DNA from: an uncultured Bacteroidales bacterium
Lineage (GTDB): Bacteria > Bacteroidota > Bacteroidia > Bacteroidales > UBA1402
Reading direction: 5' to 3'
Assembly (NCBI GenBank): GCA_964411555.1
Contig: CAYPLF010000002.1
Coordinates: 15,334-79,333, forward strand
DNA: 64,000 nt
Shown: one piece after another, positions 35,722 through 45,340 of the stretch
How the letters are laid out: every line of letters begins with the position of its first letter
Position numbering within the stretch: position 1 is the stretch's first letter
Position numbers and translations under genes: made by a program
The notes under the pieces: generated by a model
Told to the model about the DNA's origin: nothing
The model's database searches: none
The model's input: the letters and a program-made list of their open reading frames with translations, nothing else

Positions 35722-37176
35722 ATGAAACACTTATTGGCCAGAAAATACCTTGCTGAGTTGATTCAGGAAGCTGAGGAAAACCAACATGGCTTTCGACGTC
35801 ATTTGTCGGCCTGGAATTTGGTGTTGCTTGGTGTGGGATGCATTATCGGAGCAGGCATATTTGTCCTGACCGGCTCTGCTGCAGCCAATTTTGCAGGTCC
35901 TTCGTTGATCATTTCTTTCCTCCTGTCTGCTTTAGGCTGTGCCTTTGCGGGTTTGTGCTACGCCGAATTTGCGTCGATGATACCCATTTCCGGCAGTGCC
36001 TATACCTACGGTTACGCTACATTGGGTGAGTTGGTCGCCTGGATCATCGGATGGGACTTGATACTGGAATACCTGTTTGGGGCGGCAACCGTTGCAGTGG
36101 GTTGGAGTGGTTATATGGTCAGTTTCCTGGGTGATTTTGGTGTGGATTTACCCACAGCCATAGCCGGTGCTCCCTTCAGTTATGATAGAGAAGGATGGCA
36201 CCTCACCGGTTCCATTGTCAATTTTCCCGCCATATTCATTGTAGGCATCATTACATCCATCTTGGTGCTGGGCATCCGGGAATCTGCCAAAGCAAATAAT
36301 ATCATCGTGGTGGTCAAGGTGGCTGTCATTTTACTGTTTGTCGGCTTTGGGTTATCACACATTGAGGTGGGAAATTGGGTGCCGTTCATACCTGAAAATA
36401 CGGGAACCTGGGGGCATTACGGAATTTCAGGCATTTTGGCCGGGGCCGGGGTGATCTTTTTTGCCTACATAGGCTTTGATGCTGTATCTACAACAGCACA
36501 GGAAGCCATCAACCCCAAACGGGACTTGCCCATCGGGATTATGGCCTCACTGGGAGTCTGTACGGTATTGTACATAGCCGTGAGCCTGACCATGACAGGC
36601 ATAGTGCCCTATACGGAACTCAATGTTCCGGCACCCGTTGCTGTGGCCGTGGATCGTTTTGGGGAAGGCATGAGGTGGCTGGGTCCACTGATCAAGATAG
36701 GAGCCATAGCCGGACTGACTTCTGTTGTGTTGGTGCTGATTCTGGGACAGAGCCGCGTTTTTTTCACCATGGCTGCCGATGGCTTGTTGTGGAAGCCGTT
36801 TGCCAAGGTGCATTCCCGATACAAGACACCCTATGTGACCACCTTGGTTACAGGAACGGTATGCGCCATACTGGCCGGTTTGTTTCCCATCGGACTGTTG
36901 GGGGAGATGGTTTCAATTGGCACCCTGTTGGCCTTTATCATTGTATGTGCCGGCATCATCGTCTTGCGTCGTCGTGAACCCGATGCACCCCGTTCGTTCA
37001 GGACGCCTTGGGTGCCGTTCGTACCCATCATGGGCATCATCGTCTGTTTTGTGGAAATGGCTTCTTTGCCCATGGATACCTGGGTTCGTCTGCTGGGTTG
37101 GATGCTGATTGGTTTCGTCATCTACTTTACCTACGGAAGGCGGCACAGCAAGGTGCAGGCCAGGTTTAGACGGTAA
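35722..37176 (+). CDS. APC-family amino acid permease
   Basis: About 12 hydrophobic helices, with [22 protein letters not shown] and a C-terminal cytoplasmic tail. I place the start at MKHLLARK (35722). Confidence 0.85.
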   Translation: MKHLLARKYLAELIQEAEENQHGFRRHLSAWNLVLLGVGCIIGAGIFVLTGSAAANFAGPSLIISFLLSALGCAFAGLCYAEFASMIPISGSAYTYGYATLGELVAWIIGWDLILEYLFGAATVAVGWSGYMVSFLGDFGVDLPTAIAGAPFSYDREGWHLTGSIVNFPAIFIVGIITSILVLGIRESAKANNIIVVVKVAVILLFVGFGLSHIEVGNWVPFIPENTGTWGHYGISGILAGAGVIFFAYIGFDAVSTTAQEAINPKRDLPIGIMASLGVCTVLYIAVSLTMTGIVPYTELNVPAPVAVAVDRFGEGMRWLGPLIKIGAIAGLTSVVLVLILGQSRVFFTMAADGLLWKPFAKVHSRYKTPYVTTLVTGTVCAILAGLFPIGLLGEMVSIGTLLAFIIVCAGIIVLRRREPDAPRSFRTPWVPFVPIMGIIVCFVEMASLPMDTWVRLLGWMLIGFVIYFTYGRRHSKVQARFRR

Positions 37177-37184
37177 GTGTCCAA

Positions 37185-38306
37185 TCAGGCCAAAGGGAGG
37201 GATATGAAAAATTCGGTACCTTTGCCAACCTCGCTTTTTAACCAGATTTCCCCATTCATCTTTTCGATAAACTCCTTGCACAGGATGAGGCCAAGCCCGG
37301 TGCCGCTTTCCCGGTTCGTGCCTTTGGTGCTGAAGTTGGTATCGATGCGGAACAACTTGGGTATGTCTTGCTCTCTGATGCCTACTCCTGTATCTTTTAC
37401 AGAAAGAATGATCCTGTCCTCCTCCGTTTTTCCGGAAATAGTGATGCTGCCGCCTTCGGGTGTAAACTTGATGGCATTGCTCAGTAGGTTGCGCATGACA
37501 GTGTTCAGCATATTGTCATCGGCCATCACCATGTAGTTCCGTTCGCATTGACACTGAATCTGAATTTTTTTATGAAGCGCCTTGGGTTGTATGGTGGTTT
37601 TGGCCTGATCAACCACAGCTTCAAGGGAAATGGGAGCAATTTTTACGCTGATGGTGTTGGTTTGCAGGCGTGCCCATTCTAACAAGTTGGTCAGCAATTT
37701 GTATCCCTGCGTGGAAGACTCCTTAACCAGCATGGCATATTCCTCCAGGTTCTCATACTGCTTGTTTTGAATATCGGAAATCAAAATATCGCTGATGCCA
37801 ATCAAACCTGAAAACGGATTCTTCAGGTCGTGTGAAATGATGGAAAAGAATTTATCCTTGGTGGCATTCAGCTCCTTGAGCTCTTCAACATAAACCGCAT
37901 TTTGAGCACTGATCCGGTCTTTTTCCCTCAACGACTCAATCATGGAATTCATGGAATGTGACAGGTCACCGGAAAAAGACACCACCTGGTTTAAATCCCC
38001 CTGTGAAATCTGCTGGATTTGCCAGGCCATGTGGCGGAGTTCAGCCTGAAGATTTTTGAAAACATCAGCAAAACTGTTTTTGGTTGGAGGAACCGTATCC
38101 AGCTTTCCATTGGATAAGTCAATGACAAACTGATAATTGTCGTTAAACTGGTTGGTGAACAATTCCAATTCATCCCTGAGGTCGTTTAACGCCTGGCTGT
38201 CCGATTTGGGAATGGATAAGAAATCAACATGTATGGGCCTGCCGCTTTTTGGGGTACGAACAACTTCAGTTAGCCGCTCAATGATGTAACGGTTATTGTT
38301 ATTCAT
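37185..38306 (-). CDS. Soluble sensor histidine kinase (no TM segments, no recognisable input domain)
   Basis: H-box FFSIISHDLKNPF, N-box LLSNAIKFT, and G-boxes DTGVGI and GTGLGL. The first ~190 aa have no hydrophobic helices. The start MNNNNRY at 38306 overlaps the upstream V4R gene by 8 nt. Confidence 0.85.
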   Translation of the reverse strand: MNNNNRYIIERLTEVVRTPKSGRPIHVDFLSIPKSDSQALNDLRDELELFTNQFNDNYQFVIDLSNGKLDTVPPTKNSFADVFKNLQAELRHMAWQIQQISQGDLNQVVSFSGDLSHSMNSMIESLREKDRISAQNAVYVEELKELNATKDKFFSIISHDLKNPFSGLIGISDILISDIQNKQYENLEEYAMLVKESSTQGYKLLTNLLEWARLQTNTISVKIAPISLEAVVDQAKTTIQPKALHKKIQIQCQCERNYMVMADDNMLNTVMRNLLSNAIKFTPEGGSITISGKTEEDRIILSVKDTGVGIREQDIPKLFRIDTNFSTKGTNRESGTGLGLILCKEFIEKMNGEIWLKSEVGKGTEFFISLPLA

Positions 38307-38817
38307 GGGGTAACGGGTTGATGGAAAAACGACAGGTCCGGTCGCCGGTACACCAGCAGTCAATCTCCCTAACCGTGTAAGTGTTGCCGGTATAGACTTC
38401 GAAAACACCTTCAAAAAAGCCTTCATCAAAGTCGCAAACGGTAAAGTTGGTAACGGGCAGGCCTGAGCAATCAAGGTCTTCCGAAATGGTGACGGTAAGG
38501 GAAAGGTTGGTGGCATCCAACTTTTCAACCCGCATGATGCCAATGCCATATTCCAAAAACTTGGCATTTAATTGAGCAATGAATCCGTTTATGGGAAGGC
38601 TTTTGTCCAGCACCTCGGTACAAAAGGCCACACCCGACTGTTTGCCCGCTTTTTTAAACAAACGGCAGGCCGCTTCGTCACCATACGTTTCGCCTAGAAT
38701 ATCCCGCATGCTGTATTGCATCAGCCGGTACATTTCAACACGCGTGTTCATGCCCAGATTCGGGCGCCCTAAGGTTATGTCTCCCAATCGTTTCCAGGAA
38801 AATTGCTCCATGGCCAA
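38299..38817 (-). CDS. V4R (4-vinyl reductase) domain protein, stand-alone small-molecule-binding module
   Basis: 172 aa with C-terminal CDFDEGFFEG....EIDCWCTGDRTCRF, the Cys/Gly pattern I associate with V4R / COG1719 hydrocarbon-binding domains. Confidence 0.65.
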   Translation of the reverse strand: MAMEQFSWKRLGDITLGRPNLGMNTRVEMYRLMQYSMRDILGETYGDEAACRLFKKAGKQSGVAFCTEVLDKSLPINGFIAQLNAKFLEYGIGIMRVEKLDATNLSLTVTISEDLDCSGLPVTNFTVCDFDEGFFEGVFEVYTGNTYTVREIDCWCTGDRTCRFSINPLPHE

Positions 38818-38837
38818 GTTGTCAAATAGTGTAAATA

Positions 38838-38845
38838 CAAAAGTA
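38838..38845 (-). promoter_or_regulatory. -7 promoter box (TACTTTTG on the minus strand) for the V4R-kinase pair
   Basis: The plus strand reads CAAAAGTA, 21 nt upstream of the 38817 start. Confidence 0.45.
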
Positions 38846-38882
38846 GTTTAAAATTGGTAATTGCATCAAAAAACGCACTGGT

Positions 38883-41800
38883 TTAAACAGGCACAATTTG
38901 TTTTTCGTCCACGTACCACAGGAAGCCTTCGATGGCCGGATAACCCATGGCGGTCAACAACTGCATGTATTCCTTTACCTGTCTGTGATGGGAAGCAGCC
39001 GGCTTTCCAAACTTGAAATCGACCACCGTCAACGTGTCATCATCCTGCATCACGCGGTCGGGGCGCTTCATCAAGGTATGACCCGATGCGTCATGAGTGA
39101 GGATGGAGCATTCGTTGAATAAACGGTGGCGCCCTGAAAACCAATCGGTTGCCTGGGGATGGCTCAGTGCTTTCCGTACATAGGTCAGGCATTCCTCTGC
39201 CTGTTCGCTGTCCAACAGGCCCTCGTGGATTAGGTCATTGATGGCTGGTGCCACGTCTTCAGGGGTGCGGATAGCGGAGAATAGCCGGTGATACAGCTTG
39301 CCCCTGTCAATGAATTGATTGTGGTAGCCCTCGGTGTCCCAACCTTGGCTGAAGGCCTTCGATCGGGTGGATTGGCGGAAAAAGGCGGTGTGTTCGCGGC
39401 TGTCAAAGCCAACAGGGATATCAATGCCCAAAGGCATCAACTGTTGCATGGCGGCTTTCCGGGTCGTTTCTGGTGACAGTTGTACTGTGCCTATGGACAC
39501 CGTGGTTTCATCCCCTTGTTCCTCGCCCAACAGAGTAAGGGCTTTCAGTGTATCCAGAAGCAGGTCGGAAATCGTGGTCGGTTCTTTATCATCCGATTCA
39601 CCGGATTTCTTCTTTGCACTATTTTTCTCTTTTCCGAACACCACCAGGTTGCATCTGGCCCTGGTGAATGCCACATAAAGCACATTGATGCTGTCCAAGT
39701 AGAGCTGAAGGGTTTCTAGCTTATAGTCTGGTGAGAAGATGGTTTCTGCCAACACCTTTCCATATTTCACCGGCATCAACCGCAGTTGATTGAAAGGGGC
39801 GAGGGTGGGTTCACACCATAGCATGTCTGGTTTTTCACCCTTCAACTTCCAGTCGCAAAAGGGTACAAAGACCGTATGGAATTCCAATCCCTTGGCTTTG
39901 TGGATGGAGAGGATACGAATGCCTTTTACACCCGTGCCGGAAGGTACACTGACCTTTGAAAGGCTGTCGTCCCAGTATTCGATGAAGGTGGGCAGGTCGG
40001 AGGAATGATGTTCCAGATATTCGTTCAACTTATCCATGAAGGTGTACAGGAAGCTGTCCTGACCTTCCATTTTATCCATCGAGAAACATCGGAACAGCGT
40101 TTCCACCAATTCGTGCAGAGGAAGTTGCCGGAGTGTGTCAACCTGTTGCGTGAATTCCGCCGGAAGTAGTTTGTCGGGACGCTCGGTAAACAGGGTGTCA
40201 AAATCGATATCGGTTTCCAGTATATCCCGTTGGTAGTCGATGGAAAGCTGTGCGGTGAGCAATTCATTGCCGGGATCGGCCAGCAGTCTGAGTGCCGTTA
40301 TGAGCAGTTGCAACGACCTCGAAGCTGATAACAGGAAGGCTTCGTCGGAGATGATGTCATACGAAACACCCTGTTGCTCCAGTTCCGGGTTCCGGTGACC
40401 GGTAAAATAATCGGCAATGCGTGAAATATGCTTGTTGTTTCGTGCCAGGATGGCCATTTGTTCAGCCTTGACACCCTGAAGTTGCAGGGTTTCCACTTCC
40501 TTGAACAGGCATTCGAGCTGTACTTGTTCGTAGGAGTTTTCATCGGAGGATGACAAAAAGCGAAGCTTGACATATCCGTTCGAACCTTCACGCACCGCTT
40601 CTTGCTCAACCGAAGCATAAGCTTGCCTGATATCTTCAGCCTGTATGTCGTTTACCGATTCCAGGCTGGAAGCCGCCACTTCCGTGAGCTGTCTGAACAG
40701 TTGGTTGTTGAAGTCAATCACAACAGGGTCGCTGCGCCAATTCTGGTTTAACGTTTCAATGCTCACATCAGATGCGTCCATCTGTTGTTCGATTCCTCCC
40801 AAAATCCGCCAATCGCCGTTGCGCCACCGGTAGATGGCCTGTTTCTCATCGCCCACCACCAAACTTTTGTATCCGTTTGCCAGGCATTCAGCCAGGATGG
40901 GCTTGAATGTTTCCCATTGCAGGCGGGAGGTGTCCTGGAATTCATCGAATAAAATGTGGTTGATTTCAGTTCCCGTCTTTTCAAACACGAACGATGTATC
41001 TTGACCGGAGATGAACTCGCTCAGGAGGGCATTGGTATCAGAAAGCAGAAAGCGGTTTACGGCACTGTTGAGTTGCTTTACTGTGGCGTCAATGTCCGAC
41101 AACAGCCCCACGCTGCTCAAGTGACGGATGGAATGACGGCAGGTGAGGATGTCAGGTGCCTGTTTGGCGCGCAGGGCTTCGGTTTCGAGCAGCAAGGGCA
41201 AAAGTTGCTGTTCAACCATTCCGATAATTTCGTCGCGGCGGCGGTGTGTTTTGGCCACCCAGCTTTCCGGATTCTCTATGCCTTTTCTTATCCTTGGTCC
41301 AACTACGCGTGAATCACACTGGCCGTTTTTAAGTTTGATGAAATAAGCAGGCATACCACCAATTCCAAATGAAAAGTCTGGTATCGTCAGGTTATGAGCC
41401 TCCAGTAGGGTAAAAAAGGGGAGAACTGCTTCCTTGAGAATGGCCTCCTTTTTCGCCTGAAGCGCTTGCAGTTCCTTTTTAAAGTTCTGCAAGAAGCGTT
41501 TATCTTGAAGCTGTTCCCGCAAATAACGTTCCTTTTCCCTGAAAAATTCCTTAAAAATGGTATTTCCGAACTCATTCAGTACAGCATCGATGCGCAAGAC
41601 CTTGCCTTCCCGGTACACTTCCTCCATGTAGTCTGAAATCCAATCGAGTAACACGGGGTCTTCGTTGCTGCGGTCCAACAGGTTGTGTACAGCCTCGTTC
41701 AAAACGGCGGCATTGTTCAATTCAATGTTGAGGCTGGTGCCGACTCCCAGTTCCCTGGCCAGGTTACGCAGAATGGACTGGAAATAGCTGTCAATGGTTT

Positions 41801-42125
41801 CCACCCGAAAGCGCCCGTAATCGTGTATGATGAGCTGTAATGATTGAGCCGCGTTGTTTCGGATGGTACGGGTGTCCAAGCCTGTTTCCTTCACCAGCGT
41901 GGCGGTCATGCCAGTGGCCGGTTGGACCGGATTCAGCCGGGAAAGTTGCCACAACGCATTCAGAATGCGTTCCTTCATTTCAGCCGTGGCCTTGTTGGTG
42001 AAGGTTACGGCCAGCGTGTTGCGGTAAGCGTCCGGTCGGTTAAGCAACAACTTGACATATTCCACCGTGAGGCGCCAGGTTTTTCCGGACCCGGCAGAAG
42101 CTTTGAAAACGCTGAGCAGAGGCAT
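38883..42125 (-). CDS. AddA-like UvrD-family helicase with C-terminal PD-(D/E)XK nuclease
   Basis: Walker A ASAGSGKTWRLT, DEFQDTS, and RS/VAFTRA-type late helicase motifs (VLYVAFTRAR). The C-terminal nuclease has PDRV...VVDFKFGK. I place the start at MPLLSVFK (42125). Confidence 0.8.
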   Translation of the reverse strand: MPLLSVFKASAGSGKTWRLTVEYVKLLLNRPDAYRNTLAVTFTNKATAEMKERILNALWQLSRLNPVQPATGMTATLVKETGLDTRTIRNNAAQSLQLIIHDYGRFRVETIDSYFQSILRNLARELGVGTSLNIELNNAAVLNEAVHNLLDRSNEDPVLLDWISDYMEEVYREGKVLRIDAVLNEFGNTIFKEFFREKERYLREQLQDKRFLQNFKKELQALQAKKEAILKEAVLPFFTLLEAHNLTIPDFSFGIGGMPAYFIKLKNGQCDSRVVGPRIRKGIENPESWVAKTHRRRDEIIGMVEQQLLPLLLETEALRAKQAPDILTCRHSIRHLSSVGLLSDIDATVKQLNSAVNRFLLSDTNALLSEFISGQDTSFVFEKTGTEINHILFDEFQDTSRLQWETFKPILAECLANGYKSLVVGDEKQAIYRWRNGDWRILGGIEQQMDASDVSIETLNQNWRSDPVVIDFNNQLFRQLTEVAASSLESVNDIQAEDIRQAYASVEQEAVREGSNGYVKLRFLSSSDENSYEQVQLECLFKEVETLQLQGVKAEQMAILARNNKHISRIADYFTGHRNPELEQQGVSYDIISDEAFLLSASRSLQLLITALRLLADPGNELLTAQLSIDYQRDILETDIDFDTLFTERPDKLLPAEFTQQVDTLRQLPLHELVETLFRCFSMDKMEGQDSFLYTFMDKLNEYLEHHSSDLPTFIEYWDDSLSKVSVPSGTGVKGIRILSIHKAKGLEFHTVFVPFCDWKLKGEKPDMLWCEPTLAPFNQLRLMPVKYGKVLAETIFSPDYKLETLQLYLDSINVLYVAFTRARCNLVVFGKEKNSAKKKSGESDDKEPTTISDLLLDTLKALTLLGEEQGDETTVSIGTVQLSPETTRKAAMQQLMPLGIDIPVGFDSREHTAFFRQSTRSKAFSQGWDTEGYHNQFIDRGKLYHRLFSAIRTPEDVAPAINDLIHEGLLDSEQAEECLTYVRKALSHPQATDWFSGRHRLFNECSILTHDASGHTLMKRPDRVMQDDDTLTVVDFKFGKPAASHHRQVKEYMQLLTAMGYPAIEGFLWYVDEKQIVPV

Positions 42126-42189
42126 GGTGTGCTGAAGGATTGTTGACAAATATCGGGATAAGATTTGGTTCTTCGAACGATAAAAACGG

Positions 42190-42197
42190 TATTTTTG
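42190..42197 (+). promoter_or_regulatory. -7 promoter box (TATTTTTG)
   Basis: TAnnTTTG match 38 nt upstream of topB. Confidence 0.45.
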
Positions 42198-42234
42198 CAC
42201 CCTAAGCAAGAACCATCCAATCTCGTTGTAACCC

Positions 42235-44040
42235 ATGATAGTCTGTATTGCCGAAAAGCCCAGCGTTGCCAGAGAAATAGCTGCCGTACTGGGTGCGAAC
42301 CAAAAACACGAAGGCTACATGGAGGGGAACGGCTACCAGGTAACATGGACGTTCGGCCACTTGTGTACCCTGAAAGAACCCCACGAGTACGCGCCGCAGT
42401 GGAAGTTCTGGAGTCTGGCCGCCTTGCCCATGATTCCCCCACGTTTTGGTATTAAGCTCATCGACAACGAGGGCTACCGCAAGCAGTTTGCCTGCATTGA
42501 ACGCCTCGTAACCGCAGCCGACGAGGTGATCAACTGCGGGGATGCCGGGCAGGAAGGGGAGCTGATTCAGCGCTGGGTATTGCAGAAGGCAGGCTGTACG
42601 TGTCCGGTAAAACGGTTGTGGATTTCGTCACTGACCACCGAATCCATTCGGGAAGGGTTTGGCGCGCTTAAACCACAGGATCATTACCGGTCACTGTATG
42701 AGGCAGGGCTGCTTAGGGCTATAGGCGATTGGTTGCTAGGGATGAATGCCACCCGGCTGTTTACGGTCAAGCATGGAAAAGACCGACAGATCTTGTCCAT
42801 TGGCAGGGTGCAGACTCCAACCCTGGCCCTGATTGTGAACCGCCAGCAGGAAATTGAACAGTTTGTGCCGCAAACCTACTGGGAATTGAAAACCACCTAC
42901 CGCGATACCACGTTTTCGGCCACGCAGGGGCGTTTTTCCACGAAAGAGGAGGGGACAGTCTTGCTGGAGCGGATGGCTGAGGCACCCTTTTCCATCACCC
43001 AGGTTTCAGCCAAAAAAGGCACCGAATCTCCACCCCGCCTGTTCGACCTGACATCGCTTCAGGTGGAATGCAACAAAAAATTCGCCTTTTCGGCTGAACA
43101 GACCCTGGGATTGATTCAGTCGCTATATGAGAAGAAATTGACGACCTATCCCCGTGTGGATACCACCTACCTGAGTGAGGACATCTACCCCAAGGTGGTG
43201 CCCACGCTGAAAGGGCTGGTGGATTACCAACCATTGACTGCCCCCTTGCTCGAGGCTCCCATTCCTCGTTCCAAAAAGGTGTTTGACAACACCAAGGTGA
43301 CCGACCACCACGCCATCATTCCTACCGGTGTGAAGCCTGCAACGTTGTCGGCAGAGGAACGGCGTGTGTATGACCTGGTAACCCGTCGGTTTATAGCTGC
43401 CTTTTATCCCGATTGCCGGTTTTCTACCACCACGGTGTTGGGAGAAGCGGCCGAGGTACCCTTCAAGACAACCGGCAAGCAGATTCTCGAACCCGGTTGG
43501 CGGGTTGTCTTTGAAAAAGAAGCCACAGGATCTGCATCAGGAAACGACGGAGCAGATTTAGACGATCCCAACACCCCTCAACCCGATGAGGAACGCACGT
43601 TGCCGGTCTTTGTGAAGGGTGAATCCGGCCCCCATCAACCGGATTTGGCCGAAAAACAAACCCAACCCCCCAAGCCCTACACGGAGGCCACCCTGCTGCG
43701 TGCCATGGAAACGGCAGGCAAGCAGGTGGATGACGAGGAATTGAGGGATGCTTTGAAAGAAAACGGCATCGGTCGTCCATCTACCCGGGCCAATATCATT
43801 GAAACCTTGTTCAAACGCCAGTACATTCGGAAAGAGCGGAAGAACCTGTATGCAACCCCAACAGGCGTGGCCTTGATTCAGTTGATCAAGGTGGACCTGT
43901 TGAAATCGGCAGCACTGACCGGTTTGTGGGAGAAGAAGTTACGACAAGTTGAACGTAGGGAGTACGATCCAGCTTTGTTTTTGGAAGAATTGAAGTCCAT
44001 GGTGGTAGAGGTTGTGGACACGGTTAAGAACGAGCGCTGA
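42235..44040 (+). CDS. topB: DNA topoisomerase III (type IA)
   Basis: Toprim N-terminus MIVCIAEKPSVA, then GQEGELI and the TYPRVDTTYL active-site Tyr context. At 601 aa it has no C-terminal zinc-finger extension. Confidence 0.9.
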   Translation: MIVCIAEKPSVAREIAAVLGANQKHEGYMEGNGYQVTWTFGHLCTLKEPHEYAPQWKFWSLAALPMIPPRFGIKLIDNEGYRKQFACIERLVTAADEVINCGDAGQEGELIQRWVLQKAGCTCPVKRLWISSLTTESIREGFGALKPQDHYRSLYEAGLLRAIGDWLLGMNATRLFTVKHGKDRQILSIGRVQTPTLALIVNRQQEIEQFVPQTYWELKTTYRDTTFSATQGRFSTKEEGTVLLERMAEAPFSITQVSAKKGTESPPRLFDLTSLQVECNKKFAFSAEQTLGLIQSLYEKKLTTYPRVDTTYLSEDIYPKVVPTLKGLVDYQPLTAPLLEAPIPRSKKVFDNTKVTDHHAIIPTGVKPATLSAEERRVYDLVTRRFIAAFYPDCRFSTTTVLGEAAEVPFKTTGKQILEPGWRVVFEKEATGSASGNDGADLDDPNTPQPDEERTLPVFVKGESGPHQPDLAEKQTQPPKPYTEATLLRAMETAGKQVDDEELRDALKENGIGRPSTRANIIETLFKRQYIRKERKNLYATPTGVALIQLIKVDLLKSAALTGLWEKKLRQVERREYDPALFLEELKSMVVEVVDTVKNER

Positions 44041-44093
44041 AACAAAGCAACGTATTTTTGCTAAGTCCAGTTTGCAAAATACACATTTCTTAC

Positions 44094-44101
44094 TATCTTT
44101 G
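44094..44101 (+). promoter_or_regulatory. -7 promoter box (TATCTTTG)
   Basis: TAnnTTTG match 20 nt upstream of the 44121 start. Confidence 0.5.
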
Positions 44102-44120
44102 TCCTTTCAAACCCCGTGGC

Positions 44121-45302
44121 ATGGAACAATTCTATCGCACACACAAATACCTGGTTGAACACGTACAGTCGCATGTACGCAGACAGTTGATGGATGAAAT
44201 CGACTGGAACGACCGTCTGATTGGCATCAAGGGAAGTCGTGGTGTGGGAAAGACGACGTTTCTGTTGGATTATGCCAGGGAAAAATTCGGAACAGACCGT
44301 TCGTGTCTGTACGTCAACCTGAATCATTTTTATTTTACCAAACACAGTTTGGTTGAGTTTGCCACAGCATTCTACCAACAAGGTGGCAGGATCTTACTCA
44401 TCGACCAGGTGTTCAAATACCCGGAATGGTCCAAGGAATTACGGGCTATATACGATACATTGAAGGAATTACGCGTGGTCTTTTCCGGATCTTCCGTCAT
44501 GCGGTTGAAAGAGGAAAATCCCGATTTGGTAGATGTGGTGAAGTCGTACAACCTCAGGGGTTTTTCCTTCCGGGAATACCTGAATTTGATGGCCGGAACC
44601 AGTTTGACCTCGTATACCTTGCACGAATTACTGGACAATCACGAACAGATTGCTGCCGACATATTGGGTAAGATTGATCCGTCTGCCTATTTCAAAGATT
44701 ACCTGCATCATGGGTTTTATCCCTTTTTCCTGGAAAAACGCAATTTTTCGGAAAACCTGCTGAAAACCATGAACATGATGATCGAGGTAGATATCTTGCT
44801 CATCAAGCAGATTGACCTCAAATACCTGCCCAAAATCCGGGCCTTGCTCTATTTGATCGGTCTTGACGCGCCCTGTGCCGCCAATGTGAGCCGTTTAAGC
44901 CAGGATATCGATATTTCACGGGCAACGGTGATGAATTACCTCAAGTACCTGAAAGATGCCCGCCTCATAGATGCCTTGTATCCGGTTGGTGAGGACTTTC
45001 CAAAGAAACCGTCACGGATATACCTGCACAACACCAATCTGATGCACGTGTTGCAGGAAAAGCTGAAGGTGGATAAACAAGGCATCTGTGAGACCTTTTT
45101 CCACAACAGCGTGCACAAGGACAACAAGGTCAACATGGGTCCGAAGCGGAAACAGTTCTTGCTCAACGAAACAACACTGTTTCAAATCAGTTGCGGCAAA
45201 GTGGGGAACAAGTTGAATCCCGATCAGTGGTACGTGGTCGATATGCCGCGAGCCGGTCAGGGAAATGTGATTCCCCTATGGCTGTTCGGCTTTTTATATT
45301 AA
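44121..45302 (+). CDS. AAA+ ATPase of the DUF4143 / COG1373 type (paralog 2, Walker-B DQ variant)
   Basis: Walker A GIKGSRGVGKTT. The Walker B position reads ILLIDQVFKY. The same C-terminal IPLWLFGFLY as paralog 1 is present. I place the start at MEQFYRTHKY (44121). Confidence 0.8.
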   Translation: MEQFYRTHKYLVEHVQSHVRRQLMDEIDWNDRLIGIKGSRGVGKTTFLLDYAREKFGTDRSCLYVNLNHFYFTKHSLVEFATAFYQQGGRILLIDQVFKYPEWSKELRAIYDTLKELRVVFSGSSVMRLKEENPDLVDVVKSYNLRGFSFREYLNLMAGTSLTSYTLHELLDNHEQIAADILGKIDPSAYFKDYLHHGFYPFFLEKRNFSENLLKTMNMMIEVDILLIKQIDLKYLPKIRALLYLIGLDAPCAANVSRLSQDIDISRATVMNYLKYLKDARLIDALYPVGEDFPKKPSRIYLHNTNLMHVLQEKLKVDKQGICETFFHNSVHKDNKVNMGPKRKQFLLNETTLFQISCGKVGNKLNPDQWYVVDMPRAGQGNVIPLWLFGFLY

Positions 45303-45340
45303 AATGATACAATAATCTATAACGTTTAATAGTTCGATGT

